From positions 145,390,001 to 145,454,000 of the forward strand of contig NC_091470.1 of the NCBI RefSeq assembly GCF_036971445.1: a stretch of DNA of 64,000 nucleotides. Reading direction: 5' to 3'. The notes under the pieces are model-generated. The model was not told the DNA's origin. It saw only the letters and a program-made list of their open reading frames with translations, and searched no databases. The position numbers and the translations under genes are program-made. The DNA comes from Narcine bancroftii. Taxonomy: Eukaryota. Shown here in pieces: positions 12,433 to 27,220 of this stretch (the first letter of the stretch is position 1; each line of letters starts with the position of its first letter).

Positions 12433-12880
12433 AAAAAATGGCGGGGGTGAACCCTGCACAGATGGCGGCCATGGCAGCAGATCAGCACAGGGTCCAGCGG
12501 CTGAGGGACCCAAAAAGGCTGCAGACGACTTGCGGACAGGCTCACAGGAACCAGGTTTCAGAGCTGTCCTTCGAGAGAGGGTGCTGAGGGTGAGAAGGGC
12601 TTCTGAAGGGCCTCAAGTGCTCATCTTCCTGATTGTGACAGATGTCTGGATCTGAAGTTTAGGTGGCTGATGGATCAAACCAGAGTCCTTGTGGCTGCAG
12701 GAGCGCGAGAGGCGAATCCACGGGCACTCAGTAACTCTGAAGGGACTCTCACTTCTCTTTCTCCTATTGGTGGAGGGGGAGGGGTGGGGGGCGTGCCGGA
12801 CAATGCTCGAAGCGACTCTTTGTTTGTCTGACAGCAGGCAAAAGTTCAAGTTCATCACGTATGCAACATTCTTGCCTGAC
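12433..12880 (+). mobile_element. Non-coding retroposon fragment with LINE (Rex1/L2-like) tail; related pieces at ~21520-22250(-), ~38600-38720(+), ~42820-42900(-), ~43610-43810(+)
   Basis: Shared segments such as ggcactcagtaactctgaagggactctc / gacactcggtgacccaaggggactctc and gtgcttc(t/a)ggcaatttctgctgatgg; tgacaataaa tails in the related pieces. Confidence 0.5.
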
Positions 12881-13119
12881 AAAAGGAACCTTGGGCGTCA
12901 AGAGCCAGAGGTGTAAAAAGACCCACAATTCCTCTTCCTGTCACACCGTGCGCGCTCAACCCCCCTCAAACCCAATGAAAGTGTGTAACCAGACCTGACG
13001 GAACCTTTCGACAATGTGGATTTATTTATGGGGGCCGTGATAAAGCACCCCCGATTGCTGAATGGCTTGCAAATCGGCCTCAGGGCAGAGGGTGGAAGAT
13101 GGTGTGGGGGGGGGGTGCA

Positions 13120-13730
13120 GGAAAGAAATCTTACTGGGGTCCACCACTCTTCACAATTTACACTGACGATTTTAGACCTTGGAAAGAAACAATGGAATTA
13201 ATTCCTGAATGTGCTGATATTAATCAAATGGGGGAAGAAATGGTGGAGGTGGCAGGGAGTTGCCACGACTGGGCCAAGGAGAAAGTGATGAGCAGGTGGT
13301 GTCAAACATCGGCGGAAGTGACGGAGCACCGTTTCGTGGGAAGAAGGGTTCACTTCTCACTCAGCTTGAGGAATGGAATCCAAACAGCAGCCATGAAAGG
13401 GAATGCAACATGTTGGCAAGGACAAACTAATGGGGGGGAAAAAAAGGGCTCATTTGCAGAGTGACTGAAAAAAGGGTAGAAGATTTTGGAAGGAGATGAG
13501 GATGAACTGCTTTTCCCCAGAGGGTGGTAAATCGGTGAAATTCGCCCCCTGTTGAAGTAGTGGAGGCTATCCTCAGTAAAAAGGATTCAGGTTGGATAGA
13601 TTTTTTTTTTTTACATAGCAGGGGAATTAAGGAATATGGGGAAAAGGCAAGTAGGTGGAGATCAGCCATGATCTCACTGAACAGGCTCGACGGGCCAGAT
13701 GGCAGACTCCTGCTTCTATTTATGTTTTTA
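13120..13730 (+). mobile_element. Degraded CR1 RT and 3' UTR fragments
   Basis: GPPLFTIYTDD-like RT remnant at ~13137-13170. 3' UTR cccagagggtggtaaatc...gggccagatggcagactcctgcttctatt is similar to 52510-52740. Confidence 0.7.
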
Positions 13731-16700
13731 GGAGTCACGAACTTACAGGAGAAAAATCACATTCTGATGACTGTATTTTGTTTTGAAAGGACACAGAAAC
13801 ATCACAAAGGGTGGAGAACGGCAGCACAAGTATCATCAGGGAAATGCCAAGGTGCACACAGGATAAACTGACCCCAAACTCTCTGGAATGGGTTTTGTTT
13901 GACGGAAAACGGGAAGAGAGAACGACGTGAGGGACCAAGATAATCTAAAGGAAGTTCAGTTGGAACTGCTTTCACGAGAGAAGAGGGAACACAAAACTAT
14001 TCCCATGGAAGTGTTGAGACAAGAAGAGATACATCGAAGAGGAAAAAACAGTGTTGTTGCTGGATTCTTTCCCCCAGCCTCTTTGTATCCTGAAGGGGAA
14101 GTTGGTCAAGTCTATTCAGGGATAGATTAAGATGACTGCACTGGCATGGATTCCCAGTGTTCCCTCCTTCAACCCAATCTCCCCGCCTCTCACACCTTGT
14201 GTCAACTGAGCCCTTCCCCAAGTTACTTTCCCCCTTCACATCATCAATTTCACTCGAGTCTCAAGAAAGGGTTCAGGCTCAAAACAGTGATTGACCATTT
14301 CTACCCACGGGTGCCGTCTGACCCACTGAGTTCCTCCAGCCACACATTGCTTACACTTGCATGGACTGGCTGGGCCAAATGGCCTGCTTCTGCAAGTGCG
14401 ACTCTGCCAGCATGGGCTACATCTCAACATCACTCTGCAAATGAAAAACAAATTAGAACAAGATTACAAAATGGATACTATGCGGTGGCAAACAGACCTT
14501 GGAGAAATGCATTCCCAGATTATAATACACCACAAGATCTCGGAGAATGTACTGAGACAATGCATAATAAATCATTTAATCTGCAGAAGGGTGAGGGTTT
14601 TCTCCCAATAGTTTTAGATAAGGCAGCACTGTTGTGCAAAGCTGTCACAGCACCAATGACCCAGGTTAAAAACCAGCAAAGTCTCTTCGGAGTTTGTATG
14701 TTCTCCTCGTGTGTAGCATGTAAAAAGCTCTCATGACTGGAAGGAGAACATATGTTTTTATTAGCTTATAACCAAGGGTATGGTCTTTCAGTGGTCTTTA
14801 GAAGGGCTCAGGGTTTAGGCAGGTAACCAGGGTAAGAGATGGGCAGATGGGGGCAGAGCCGGCCATCAGTGCAACACACCACCAGCGAATCTCAGTTCAC
14901 TGCACCGTCTCGGTGTGGCTTTTCCTCTGGGGGTTCCGGTTTCCTCCCACCCTTCAAAACGTACAGAAGTTGTAGGTCAATTGGGTGTAATTAGTGGGCT
15001 CATGGCGAAGAGGAGCCGTACAATTCCATGACATTAGCCTTGGGATATACGAGCTCATTTGTGATGCAAAACATACCAGAGGTTGGCAAGTGTGCGACAC
15101 TCTGCTTCTGAAATTCATTCCATCGTCTGTAAAGGATGGCTCACTGCACTTCCAAAGAGTAGACATTTCTGTAAAATGGAAAACACAGGTGTTTTTTTTC
15201 TGTGCACAGAGTAAAACACAGAAGTCTGCAGCAGACACTGATGAAAGTCTGAAGACGCCTTCAGGCCCAAAACATCAGTTATCCAACTTTCCCTCTAATG
15301 GTCACTGTTGAGACTGGCTGAGTTCCTCCAGCAATTCTGGGTTTGCGTTCATTTGTCCACAGCAATTCCCACAAAGAGCAGTGAACGAGGATGAGATCAT
15401 AGGTTTCAGCTGTGTTAATTGAGAGAGATGAGTTTTAAAACATCAATGGGATTTTTCAGCCATTCCGAGGGAGCAGATGGACCTTCGGCACAACATCACA
15501 CACACACAAGGGCACTCTTTGCACTGGTGTCACAGCCAAGATTCTCATTTATATAATGATTTACATCCTGCGAGTAAGTTCTGTAAAACAGAAGATCAAA
15601 TGCGAGTACATCTTACCATCGCAGCACGAGAAACTATTACCCAACAGAGAAATGATCCTGTGTTTAGGTGCTCTCTGTGAATCAAGCTGCACTGAATTTA
15701 ACAAAATGACTGATCTGAACAGTTCACAGACTGAAGATTATATGTAACTGACACTACAGGAGAGATTCTTATCTTGGTCTGCTGAAACTTGGAATCAAAG
15801 TAATTCACTGCTCAGTGTTCCAAATTTATAACGGCAGCATTACAGAAATCAATTTGCATTTATAAAATGCCTTTAATATGCTAAGTTGCCCCAAGTATCT
15901 TGGAGAATTTGAAAGAATTATTTTGATGCCAAACTTCACGAGGAGAAAGATTCGAATGACCTAAGAAGTTCAACTGAAGCAGCAGAGGTTTGGAGATTGA
16001 ATCCCAAGAGGCACAGGTAGCTCCAAACCCAGGTTTACCACACACTCCCCCCCACCGTGCCCACACCACACTCCAGTCATTGTTTCAGTCCGAGACCCCC
16101 TTCACCAGGGGTCCCAGAGGTTTGTGACATATTGCAACCTGCTCCAGATCTTCCAGAGATTCAAGGACTGTTTATTCTCCACCACCATCAGGCTTCTGAA
16201 CAACACTCACACGAGTCAAATGATGTTGCCTTTGTTCCGTTCCAACTCATCTCTCCGAGGAGCTCTGCACCTTTCCGTGGATTGACAGCTGGACACACAA
16301 ACTGTCCCTCAGCACATCTGACAATAAATGTGAACCGTCTCAGCTGGTCAGGAGAGCAGCATTGCTTATGGAACAGGAGGAACATGAAAAGCACCCTGGG
16401 CTTTCCCTTCTCAGCCAGACCTGGAACATTCAGCCATCGTTGGCTCCTTCTATCAATGAGTTGTCATTGTCAGCCACACTCACCAAGAGAGCCAACAACA
16501 CACCTAATCAGGAACTCAGAGACTAGTCCCAGATCTACACAGCACACAAAAAGGTCCATCAGATCTATGTCAACCATCAGACCTACCCACACTAATCCCA
16601 TTTACCTGCACTTGGTCTATCCCTTGGTGCCTTTAGTAATTCAAGTACATACTCATCTTGCTTATTCCCTCAGACTCCTACAAGTAGCAGAATCTGGGCT

Positions 16701-18689
16701 CTGCTTACAGCGTGGACTGAACCATTATTCACCAATAATGTACAACAGTTTAACAAAAGGGACACTCTCCTAAAGCAGGTCTTCCTTTTGGTGGAACCCT
16801 GAGCCCCAAATCGTCCAGCTCAGAATAATGCTATAGGAGAAGTCCAGATGCCAGTAATCCAGACTTCTCAAAAACTCTCAAACTCTTTCAATGTAGTAGG
16901 GCTGTTGAGTGCATGCGTAAGTACCACAGACCCACAGAAGTCACAAAAATAAACGAATAAATATTTATTTGTTTTTTGTTTTAGATTTTATATGAAAAAA
17001 TGTTTCATTAATAAAATATTTAAAAATTATCTGATTGTCTCTTCTTTATTCTCTTTAAATTTGAATTTTAAAAGGATTGCCCAAGATGACAGAAAATCTG
17101 GTCTGACCCAATCGCCGAGCAGTCTGGATTTTGGGACTTTTATTGTACTTCGATGACTGAGACGCCTGCTTTGATGGAGGGGCTGCCTTGTCAACAGGAC
17201 GTGACATCCAGAGGGTCCTGATTGAACCTCGCAACCCTCGCTTTGTGCAAATTGATCTTTTTCCTCTTTCTCACTCTGTAATCTGCCCTTCTACTTTACA
17301 CAGCTGCTGTGTGTATGGGTACAGAGTTAACCTGTTAGACTGCTCTCACAAAAAGACCCTTCTCTCTGTACCAGGTATAATGGGACAGATTCAACTTCAA
17401 CCCAAATTCAAAAACCTCAGACTCCAAATGCTTTCTGGGTCCAGGCAAAATATTTACTTGTACCACTGCTAAAAAGCAGCAGGGGAGTTATTCTTAAAAA
17501 ATATTCACCATCCATTTCTGAAAAGGGATTCTCTCATCATTTAGATTCTTCATCGTTAACCTGTAATCGTCCAGCAGTCCCTTGCAACACACAATTCATT
17601 TGCAGCAAGTGGTTTTAAAACAATTCGTGCTGCAAAAATCAAGGGATAAAGGGAGCTTGTAAAACAAAGTGACGGCAATAAATCTTAATTATCATATAGA
17701 TTGAAAAATATCAAATTAGCCAGCGTGGCCTTCAGGATAAGTTCTGAGAGTGTATACTGTATGATTTCTGAGACAATGTTGAGGAACCAGCAGGGAACAG
17801 GTTATTTTAGATCTATAACAAGGGAAGATTCATGTACAAAATTGAAGTCAAATCAAGTTTATTGCCATCTGATTGTACAAGAACAACCCGATGAAACAGC
17901 GTTCTCCAGTCCTCGATGCTAAAGATTCAGACACATCTAGACAGAACACACATACAGACAAATAATACATATGCAGGACAAGTATTTCATCTGTACAAAT
18001 AAATCAATAAATATTGTTTTGTATTTATGAGAGTCTCAGATAGGCAACCTAGAAAAGAGATTTTAGCATGGAAGTGTGGAATGAGTTTTCTAACAAATAA
18101 ACAGTTACAGATCAGAGTGAGCAAAGCTGCAGAGTTGACCGTCGGCTAAGATGGTCGATCAGCACCAAGAGATGTTCCTTCTATTTCAGCTGATGAGGAA
18201 GATGAGCTTTGGAAGAACGCATTATTGGTGGTCAAGCAAGCAGGATTAAAACTAAATCAACAGTCATGTAAGATTGCAAAGATTAATGCTGGTCAGAAGG
18301 TGGGAGTGTTTAGAAGTAGCGAAAAACAAATTTTAAAAATTGTTGATGGAGAATAAACTCAATAACATGGACTTTAAGAGCTCCAACATGTACATCAAAA
18401 GAGTAGCTCAAGTAAATGTTAGGTTTTTTTTTAAATTGAGAATGGAATTAAATGGAAGAGAATCTACATAATAATTCAGATTTATTACAAACGAGTTTTA
18501 TAATGCAAAAAATTAGAGTGTCAAGGGGTTGTAGGAGAGGAAGGAACAATTTCTTTTTGGTCAACTAACAGGATAAAGACCAGAAAGTCCACCAGATCCA
18601 ATTACCTGCTTCTTAGGGACTTGTATGAAGTGAGTCCATAGATAACTGATGCGGTCGCACTAAATCATAAAATTAATTTTTAAAATGAA

Positions 18690-18915
18690 ATCAAAACATA
18701 CAGCACAGTAACAGGTCCTTTTGACCCACAAGCCCGTGCCACCCAATTACACCTAAATAACCAAAAATCCCCATTGTTTTGAAGGGTAGGAGGAAACCAG
18801 GGCCCCAGAAGAAACCCTTGCAGACTCAAGGAGAACGTACAAACTCCTTACAGACAGTGCTGGATTCAAACCCGGGTTGCTGGCACTTTAAGTGTGGCAC
18901 TCACTGCAACACTCA
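18690..18915 (-). mobile_element. V-domain SINE copy
   Basis: ggagaacgtacaaactccttacagacagtgctggattcaaacccggg is the reverse complement of the SINE core. Confidence 0.8.
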
Positions 18916-21900
18916 CCATGGATTCTTGAGAAATCCCAAAAAATTGGAAAGCACCAAAAATAGCATGACCAGATAAGAAAGAAAGGAAACTGGAATGACT
19001 AAGCCAGTTACCCAACAAAGAGAAACTGCCATGATCAGTGACTGAGCAGGTAGCGGGACATTCCAAATGGAAAAACAATGTGCATTCAATGTGGTTTGAG
19101 CAAATGTGTCTTGCCAATTTGCAAGATGTCCTTGACAAACAGGGTGGGTAAATGTGTACCAGAAGACATTTGACACGGTGCCACATAATAAATCGCAGCA
19201 CAAGATAATAGGGCACAGGTTCAATGGATAAGGGAGTGGCTCTCAAAACAGAAAACCAGACTCAGAATAAATGCACCTTTTGGACAGGTGAGGTTTCACT
19301 GAACGAGACACCGAGATGGGTGAGCAAGTCACGAGAAGGGCTCAGCACTTATTGAGCATGTCCATTGACTGAGAAAGGGCAAAGAAAGTTAAAGGTAGGG
19401 ATCAATTCATCGGGATCTGCTGGTCTTAGTGCATTGAACACAAGAGGATCTGTAGGTGCAACAAATATTTAGATGTGATTATCGAACACTGGCCTTCTAT
19501 TTTGTGGCCCACCTCACATTTTACTCCCTTTGTCAACTCTTCGTCCCCTTAGTAAGGGGCCTGGAGCAGAAAAAGCAGGGAATTTTGATGCAACTTTACT
19601 GGAATCTCACCTGGATAAGTTTGTACAGGTAACCCACACATTACAGAAGGGTTGGATTCCCCTGTTTCACGATTTCCGTGATGCAAATCCCATCATCTGC
19701 ACACACCTCAAGAAATGAGAGTTCAAAAAAAACAACTGAGTTGATTTATTTACCTCACCCCACCTCCAAATACAAAAATTGGTGAGAGTGAATTTATTCT
19801 CCATCTTAAATTTCTGGTGAGTGACTTGTGAATTCTCCAAGAACAATTTTCTGTAACCTGAACAGCTCTGACACTGGGTCAGGTTTGGCCACCATGTTTC
19901 ACAAGGATTGGCTCACAGTGGAGATGTTTGCAAGCTTGATTCCTGTAATTCCATGGATAACCCATTGGTTCGCGCCATGCTCCTGCAGTACCAGTGACCC
20001 TGGTGCTATCTATAAGGAGTTTGTACGTCCTCCCCGTGTCCTTTAAGTGCTCCAGTTTGTAAATTAATTGGGGAATTTGAGCAACATGGGCTCATGATCC
20101 AAAAGGGATCATGTGCTGTAAGGTCTGTATGCAGGTTGAGCCAATGCTGGAGCAGGGGAACCAACAGGGCGGATGATGAGAGATTATTTCCCCAAGTGGA
20201 ACTGAGGTAGGGGAGAGTTTGCAGAAAAATTGATAATTGTTTCAGGCACATACAAGGGTCACAAATCTTTGGAACTTTCTACCCCAGAGATGAGTGAATT
20301 GAACTCTTCATTGTCACATGCACCAAGATACAGTAAAATGCTTTATTAGCCATGCTACCCAGGCAAGTCAATTTCAGCCAAAAACAATCGCCTACAGGAA
20401 CTTTGGGGGTTGAGTTGGACTGGGGGAGACAGAGAATGGTCGCCATTTTGGATCAGAACCGGAGGAGTTGGTTCAAAAGTTCACCAATTTCTTTTTCTCC
20501 CACCGATGCTACTCAACTCACTCAGTTCCTCCAGCAGATTGTGTTTAACTTCAGATTCCAGCCATCTGCATTCTCCTTCGTGTCTTATGTCCTCGGACTG
20601 CAGCTCGTGCAACAATGACAAACAAACAGTAGTGTACAGAGTTGTGTTACAATTATCCCAGAAAATACAGGAGCAGAAGCAGGCCATTCAGTCCATCAAG
20701 TCCACTCCATAATTCCATCAAGAGCGGATTTATTCTCTCACTCATCCACACCTCCCCCCCCACTTTCTCCCCATAACCTTTGATACCCTGACTATTCAGA
20801 TGCCTTAAATACACCCAATGACAGCCTCCACAGGCACTGTCGCAGCAAATTCCAGAGGTTTATCACTCTCTGGCAGGGCAGGAGAGAGAGAAAAGGACAG
20901 TTGATCTTGTCAGCAAGATTCCCATTAAAGTATCTTAATGGCAGGAATGAAACCATCCTTGAATCTGGATGTGTGTGCTATCAAGTACATACATCTCCTG
21001 CCTGACATCGGACATAGGAGCAAGAGGAGGCCATTTGGACCATCAAGCCTGCTCCGTCATTCATGATCTGGCCATGGACTCCACTCCACCTACCCACCTG
21101 TGCCCCCAATTTCCCTATTCTCTCAAGGCCGGTCTGTCTGAAATGCAGACAGTACCTCTCCTGCTTCCTTGGAGAAGGAAGCCCCTACAGAACCATTTCT
21201 CTGAGAAAAAAAATAGTTCCTCCTCATCTCTGTTCGAAGAGAGAGGAAGAGCATGGCCAGAGTGGGATGTTAGCAGCTTTCCCCGAGACTGCAGGGGGTC
21301 TGCATGGACAGGAGGTTGGTTCGAGTGCAGAGTCATTGAATGCAGGGTGGAAACTGACAGATGCTTAAACTACGAGAGAGCCAAAATATTTGGGGACTGG
21401 GTGGGGAAAGTGGTGTCGAAGCCAAGATTTGATCAGCTGTACGACCGAAGGATGAACAAAGCTTGACTGGTCTTTTCCCAGCATTTCTATATTTAAAAGG
21501 GATGCCAAATCAGATCAGCTTCTATTTGTTATGTCATAAAACAGAATTGTCACATGACATGAAATGGTCTTGCATCTGCCATAAGGCAGAGAAAGATTTG
21601 CCATAAGAATTGCCCGATGCCCCTGACAGCAGGAGGAAAAGCAGCAAAAGTGTCTGTGGATTCGCCTGCAGCATTCCCACAGCTGCACAAGATTCCAGTT
21701 CAAACCATCAAGAGTCTGAAGCTGGATCCAAACCTCTGACATGATGAGGAAGCCTTCGGGAACCCTTGGCACCCTCTCAAATGGCGGTTCCAAGACCGGG
21801 TTCTCGTAAGCAAGACTATAGCAGCCTAGTGCAAATTCTTTGACCTCATGTCACCAGCAGCCCACGGCTGCGTGAGTTCCTCACGTACAAGTCGCCAACA

Positions 21901-22259
21901 GCTCCCCACCGATGTGCCACAGAGCCCCTCGCTGATCCGCACCCATGATCACCGTGACTGGGCTCATCTCCTCTGCTGCCTTCTCTCAATGGGGAGTGCT
22001 CTCCCACGAGTTGTGCCAGTCCACAGCCCCTCGAAGCCACTGCAGAACACAAGCACGGTCAACTTGGGCTCAGACTCCGGGGTTGCAGGGTTTTAAATAA
22101 AACACTGTTGGCACCTTTAACAAGCCATTTAAAGCCTGGACAGAGTTGCCAGCAGCCAGAATGGGCATTTGGACCATTCAGGAGAGTGTGGTGTCTCTCC
22201 TCCCCGCTCTGCCTGGGTCCACACCGGCAGCAAGGCTGACAATGCAGCAGTGCAACTGT

Positions 22260-22540
22260 TTTACTGTCTCAGACCAGAGGGCAGAGCTTCAGAATAAATG
22301 GAAACAGATGAGAAATTAATTCATCCAGAGGGTGGTGAATCAGAGGAATTCATTGCTGCAGTCAACAGTCTAGGCCAAGTCATTGGGCAAGTTTAAAGCA
22401 GAGGTTCTTGATGAGTTAAGGGATTCAAAGATTATGAGAGAAGGCAGGAGAATGGGGTTGAAAAAAAGCATACATCAGCCATGATTTGAATGGTGGAGCA
22501 GACTTGATGGGATGAATGGCCTAATTCTGCCCCTTCATCT
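22260..22540 (+). mobile_element. CR1 3' end
   Basis: ccagagggtggtgaatc...ggccaagtcattggg...tggtggagcagacttgatgggatgaatggcctaattctgc, a typical chondrichthyan CR1 3' UTR. Confidence 0.75.
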
Positions 22541-24107
22541 GAATAAACTCAGAAAGCTTAGTTTTGCTAACACAATCCATCCTTCAAGTTAAATTTGGTC
22601 TCAAGAAAAAGATAATTCAGGTCAACAAATGTCACAGCTTTTAATAACAAGGTCAATCCATTAAAACCAACAATCAACGCAATTCCCTGCAGCGAACTTT
22701 AAGGTTCCCATGAATTAGCCAGACTAACCTGCACACTGAGGGATGACTGATGGCCTTCACACCGTGTTGGTTTGCTTGCTTTTCTCCTGCGAACAAGAAC
22801 ATTTCCTGAAAATAACCAAATGTTCAGCAAATTACTTTCAGCACCAAGGAGGAAGGGTTAAAGCCACTGTGGGACACACCCACATCGGCGAGGCGGAATT
22901 GGTTAACACAGCAGCCACGTCTGCCAATTGTCATCAGGTTCAAGGTCAGCTTCCAGGACCAGTGGGGAGCTCAGGGAGGGTGTCATTGCAGGTGGGGATG
23001 GAGAAGAGGGGAGCTGCCAGAGTTCTGGATCCAAGACCTGTTCAGCAAGGTCCCCTCTGAGTCACAATGAAACAGGCTCCACACACACTTTCAACGCACT
23101 CAGGAGGCATCCATCGAGAGTCAGAGAAAGGGTGCTCACACATGACACAAAGGTGAACACTGAACATGCCCAGAAACGTCTGTCAGCCCCTGTAGTGGGT
23201 GCTGGGGACCTGGGCACTCTCATCACCAGTTTTCAATCGTTATTTTGAGACGAACAGCACAGCCAGCAACAGGCCCTTTCAGCCCATAAACCCATGCCCA
23301 CTAAATGCCCCAACTAACCAACAAACCCCACACATATTGAAGGGTGGGAGGAGGCACCAAGGAAACCCACACAGATGCAGGGAGAACATACAAGCAGTGT
23401 CGGATTTAATCCTGTATTGCTGGCGCTGTCAGTGTTGTGCTAAATCATACTGTTCAATCTCATCGTTTCACACCCATAACCCTCTATTTTGCTTACCACC
23501 CATCTAATTTCTCCGCTGTACCAGCCTTCACCACCTCAGCAATGCATTCCAGGCACCCACCACTCTGACATCTCCTCTGCACTTTCCTCCACTTGCTGTA
23601 AACACGATGTCCTCTGGTATTTACCATTGTCACCCCGGGGGTCAAGGTACTGGTTATCCACCCTGACTATCCCCTTTATAACCTTGTATTCCTCTATTCA
23701 GCCACCTGTCACCCTTCATTGCTCCAAAGCGAAGAGTCCGAGCTCTGTCAACCTTTTATATTAAGTTAGCCAATTTTGAGAATTATTTTAGTACAATTTG
23801 GCTTGCTTTCTCTCAAGATCATTTAATTTTGGAGCAAATACATGCATAAAAGTCCAATCTACTTTGGGCTACTTGGGGATGGAAACTTTGATGTAGTGAA
23901 CTTGCCCATGAGATTTCCACCCTCACTGTTTGTCACTTGAAAGTATGAACCAGCCTCAAGTACAAGGCCATCGCCTTCTGGTGACCACAAGCCTGCTGTA
24001 GGTTCCACGCCACTCACTTGAGGGCAGAGGGAATCGCGAGGAACACCCCTTCTGCTCCTCAACTTTGCCCTGTGGCGATGCTGTGACCTCCTCAACCACT
24101 CACTCAC

Positions 24108-24120
24108 CTGATCTCTCCAT
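24108..24120 (-). CDS. Candidate coding part of an alternative first exon (MERS, phase 1)
   Basis: Minus strand reads ATGGAGAGATCAG|GTGAGT in a locally CpG-containing, repeat-free patch. Its phase fits the candidate exon at 11401. A second consensus-like donor lies at 24018. Confidence 0.3.
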
Positions 24121-25854
24121 CCACCCGACGCCACCAAGCCAAATGAGCTCAAAGCCACGCAATCCCAGAGGCAAAAGGGGCTGAAGACTCGCCGCTCACA
24201 GGTTCCACACAACTCCTCAGGCCTGGGTGGGGGGGAGAAACACTAAGTCAAGTGTTTCCCACTGCTACTACCTTCGGGAGATGTGGCCGACACACGCAGC
24301 CTGCCCAGAATGAGCACATTCCTTCGGCAGCACGTCACACCCACAGACTGTAATCCCATCTGTGCTAAATCATGTGAGAAGCCCTCACCCTGCTCATTAC
24401 ATCATACACTCAGCTGAGAGCTAAAGTGCAATTTGGTGCACGCAAGGAAAGCTGAACCTGACTGATAAGGGACTCCAGTCAGCAGCACACATTCGAGTTC
24501 CCCACTCCCATTCCAACCTTGGACCTTTACAAGCTTCCTGTCCTGCAAACGGAGTCCAGGCAGCTGGTATGGGGGGGGGGAATTGAAATAACAACAATGC
24601 CATGGTGCAGGGCAGCACAGTTCGCACAAAGCTGGCAGCGCCAGCGAACAAGGTTCAAATCCATGTTCTCCCCACATCTGCCCAAGTTTCCTACTCAGAT
24701 GCAACAATTCAGAATTTCAAAGCATACGTCGATAGAAACGTGTTATCACGATCAAGGCCTCTCATAAACAATTTGCAAAACAGAATTTACTTTTCCTAAT
24801 GCCACAGTCTGAAGGCATACACTAGAAACTCTGCTAACCACGCCCTGACTTTGAAATGTAGTGTCACGCTGGTTCGGATTTGGAAGGTTTGCCATTCACC
24901 ACCCTGAGTCGTATTGAGCCTGAACTCCCCACACACTGCGTTACAGCATGAGGTGTGCCTGCAGATCTGCTGTGACATCCGTTCTCTGCAGTTCTCGCAC
25001 GTGGCTGGAGACTGCAGATCCAGCAAGTTGTAAGCCTCAGTGTTGCCGAGGGAAAAAGAAGCCAGTGCAAGGTGAGCAGCCGATCATGAAGGGCTTCAGT
25101 CTCAGGAAGAACCAATGGGGAAACGCAGGTTGGGCTGCAGCCTCCACAAGCAGTCTCCCTCCAAATGCAAAGGCAGATCCTCGTTTCACTTTCTGTCATT
25201 ATCAGCAGAGAACATGACCAAAAACATTTAAAAGGGAGGGGCGGGAGCGGGAAATGTTACCCAGTGAACCCAGCTTTATCCTGGTTTAGACACAGAGCCC
25301 CGAGACTTTTCATGTCTCACTATGGTAACTGGGGGTCTGTCCACACTGGATGGGGAAAAGTCCACAATGAGATGGAACACTGATGGGCCAGGAGACTAGG
25401 TCCAAAGGTGACTCAGGGACTGCAGCTTTCGCCTCTACGATTAACAACACAGCAATGGGTCAGAGCGGAAGGGAGGAGGTTGGCGTGAAGAACAAAACGT
25501 TTTGTATTTTACAGTGTACCCTTCGCAACCTCGCTTGAATTTGAGGTGTTTAATTTGAAGCCAAGACCTCCTGCCACAATGATCCCCAGTAAGTGAGCGC
25601 AGACTTTCACCCAGGCGGCCAAATCAAGGAGCCAGCAGGGTGGTCAGGGAAGTGGAGCAGGTGTGAAAGGTGAAGGTTAATGTAGCGACATGGATCAGCC
25701 AGTAATGAGTGAGAGTGAGCCTGCCTGCACCGTGAGCTGACCCGGGTCATGCCCACGGGGAAGGAAGATGCACAAAACCAGGGAGAAAATTAAAGCAACT
25801 GATAACATTTTATAATCACTCGAAAACCTCAATGTTGCAACCAAGTGACAGACA

Positions 25855-26130
25855 ATTTCCACGCAGACAGGGGGAGAACGTACAAACTCCTTACAGACAG
25901 CACTGGATTCAAACCACCATTGCTGGTGCTGGAAAAGCGTTGCATTGACTCCCATGCTAACTGTGCCACCACTGATCTATTTTTAACTTCAACAATACAA
26001 CACAGCAGAAGGCCGTCCAATTACACCCAATTCACCCATTAACCCTCTCTGGTTTGGAGAGCGTGAGGAAACCCACACACGTCTCAGGGGGAACATACAA
26101 ACTCCTCACAGACAGCACTGGATTCTTCTG
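25855..26130 (-). mobile_element. Two adjacent V-domain SINE fragments
   Basis: The acaaactcct(t/c)acagacagcactggattc core occurs twice (~25882 and ~26097). Confidence 0.75.
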
Positions 26131-26327
26131 ACACCAGCTCCTGTGATCTCATTGAAAGTGTGTCAGAGGTGATGTCCTGGGACACCTACTGGTGATTATT
26201 TACTGATGTGCATTTGAGACCTGGAGCTGGGGAACACCTGAAGGTAAAGGGAGACCCTGGGATTCAAAACACTCGGAACAAAGCCCATATTGCAGACTCC
26301 CTGGGGCCAAAATTTGTGCGTGGTTAC

Positions 26328-26429
26328 TGGTGCAAAGTGGAACACCACGCAGGGAGTGCGGGTGGTGACTGATCTCAGTGGAATTCCATCCAGGAGCAGC
26401 GCACGACGTGGATTCCTTGCACGCTCCAC
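26328..26429 (-). other. Candidate 102-nt symmetric exon
   Basis: Strong acceptor gacctttgtctctcag|G and weak donor CCA|GTAACC. Open in phase 1 (GGACKESTSCAAPGWNSTE...) and in phase 0. No homology recognised. Confidence 0.2.
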
Positions 26430-26739
26430 CTGAGAGACAAAGGTCACATTTAACCAGAGTCCTCGGAGGGGAAATCGGTAATTGTCAAGGAGTCGATTCC
26501 AAATAAGAGTCACCTCTCATCCCACCCCAGCCCCTTAACAACTGAATTCAAAGTTCAAGTTTGCCAGTAATAGGTGACACCACAAACAACCCTGAGATTC
26601 TTTTTTCCATATTGCTCATTTGTCACCAAAATGTAGCAAGAAGCTTTATATTATCCAGTTACTCCAACTCATGCAGCAGGTAGTGAATTCATAACTAAGT
26701 GGTGAGATTTCTAACCAGGTTTGGGGTGCTCAATGAGGA

Positions 26740-27220
26740 AAGGATGTGCTGACTTTGGAGAGGGTTCAGAGGAGGTTCAAAAGGATGATACCAGGAATGA
26801 AAGGGTCAACATCTGAGGAATGTTTGACAGCTCTTGGCCTGTAACTCATTGGAATTTCGGAGAATGAGGTGGGGATCTCATTGAAACATTTTGAATGTTG
26901 AAAAGCATGGACAACATAGACATAGATTGTTTTCCATGGTGGGAGACTCGAGGACTAGAGGGCACAACTACAGAATTGAAGAGAGTCCACTGGGTCAGGG
27001 ATGAGGAAGATTTTCTACAGCCAGAGGCTGGCAAATCTGCGGAATGTTTTGCCAAAGGCAGTCATGGAGACCAAGTCATTGGGTGTATTTAAGGCAGAGA
27101 CTGATAGGTTCTTGATTAATCATGGAATCAAAGGTTATGAGGAGAAGGCTGGGCAGTGGGGTTGAGGGGGAAAATGGATCAGCTAGTGATTAAATGGCAT
27201 GGCAGACTCAAAGGGCTGAA
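26740..27220 (+). mobile_element. CR1 LINE 3' end
   Basis: RKDVLTLERVQRRFKRMIPGMKG-like C-terminus followed by CR1 3' UTR. Confidence 0.85.

Noticed and set aside
14146-14736. 196-aa plus-strand ORF
   Set aside because: Spans PLE terminal-repeat and SINE fragments; no protein-like signal.
16188-16394. Minus-strand ORF with a GTGAGT donor at 16211
   Set aside because: The donor abuts a LINE 3'-end remnant, and there is no convincing acceptor or homology.
16057-16773. 238-aa plus-strand ORF
   Set aside because: Starts at GTG, runs through LINE-tail and CR1 3' fragments, and has no recognisable domain; a chance ORF.
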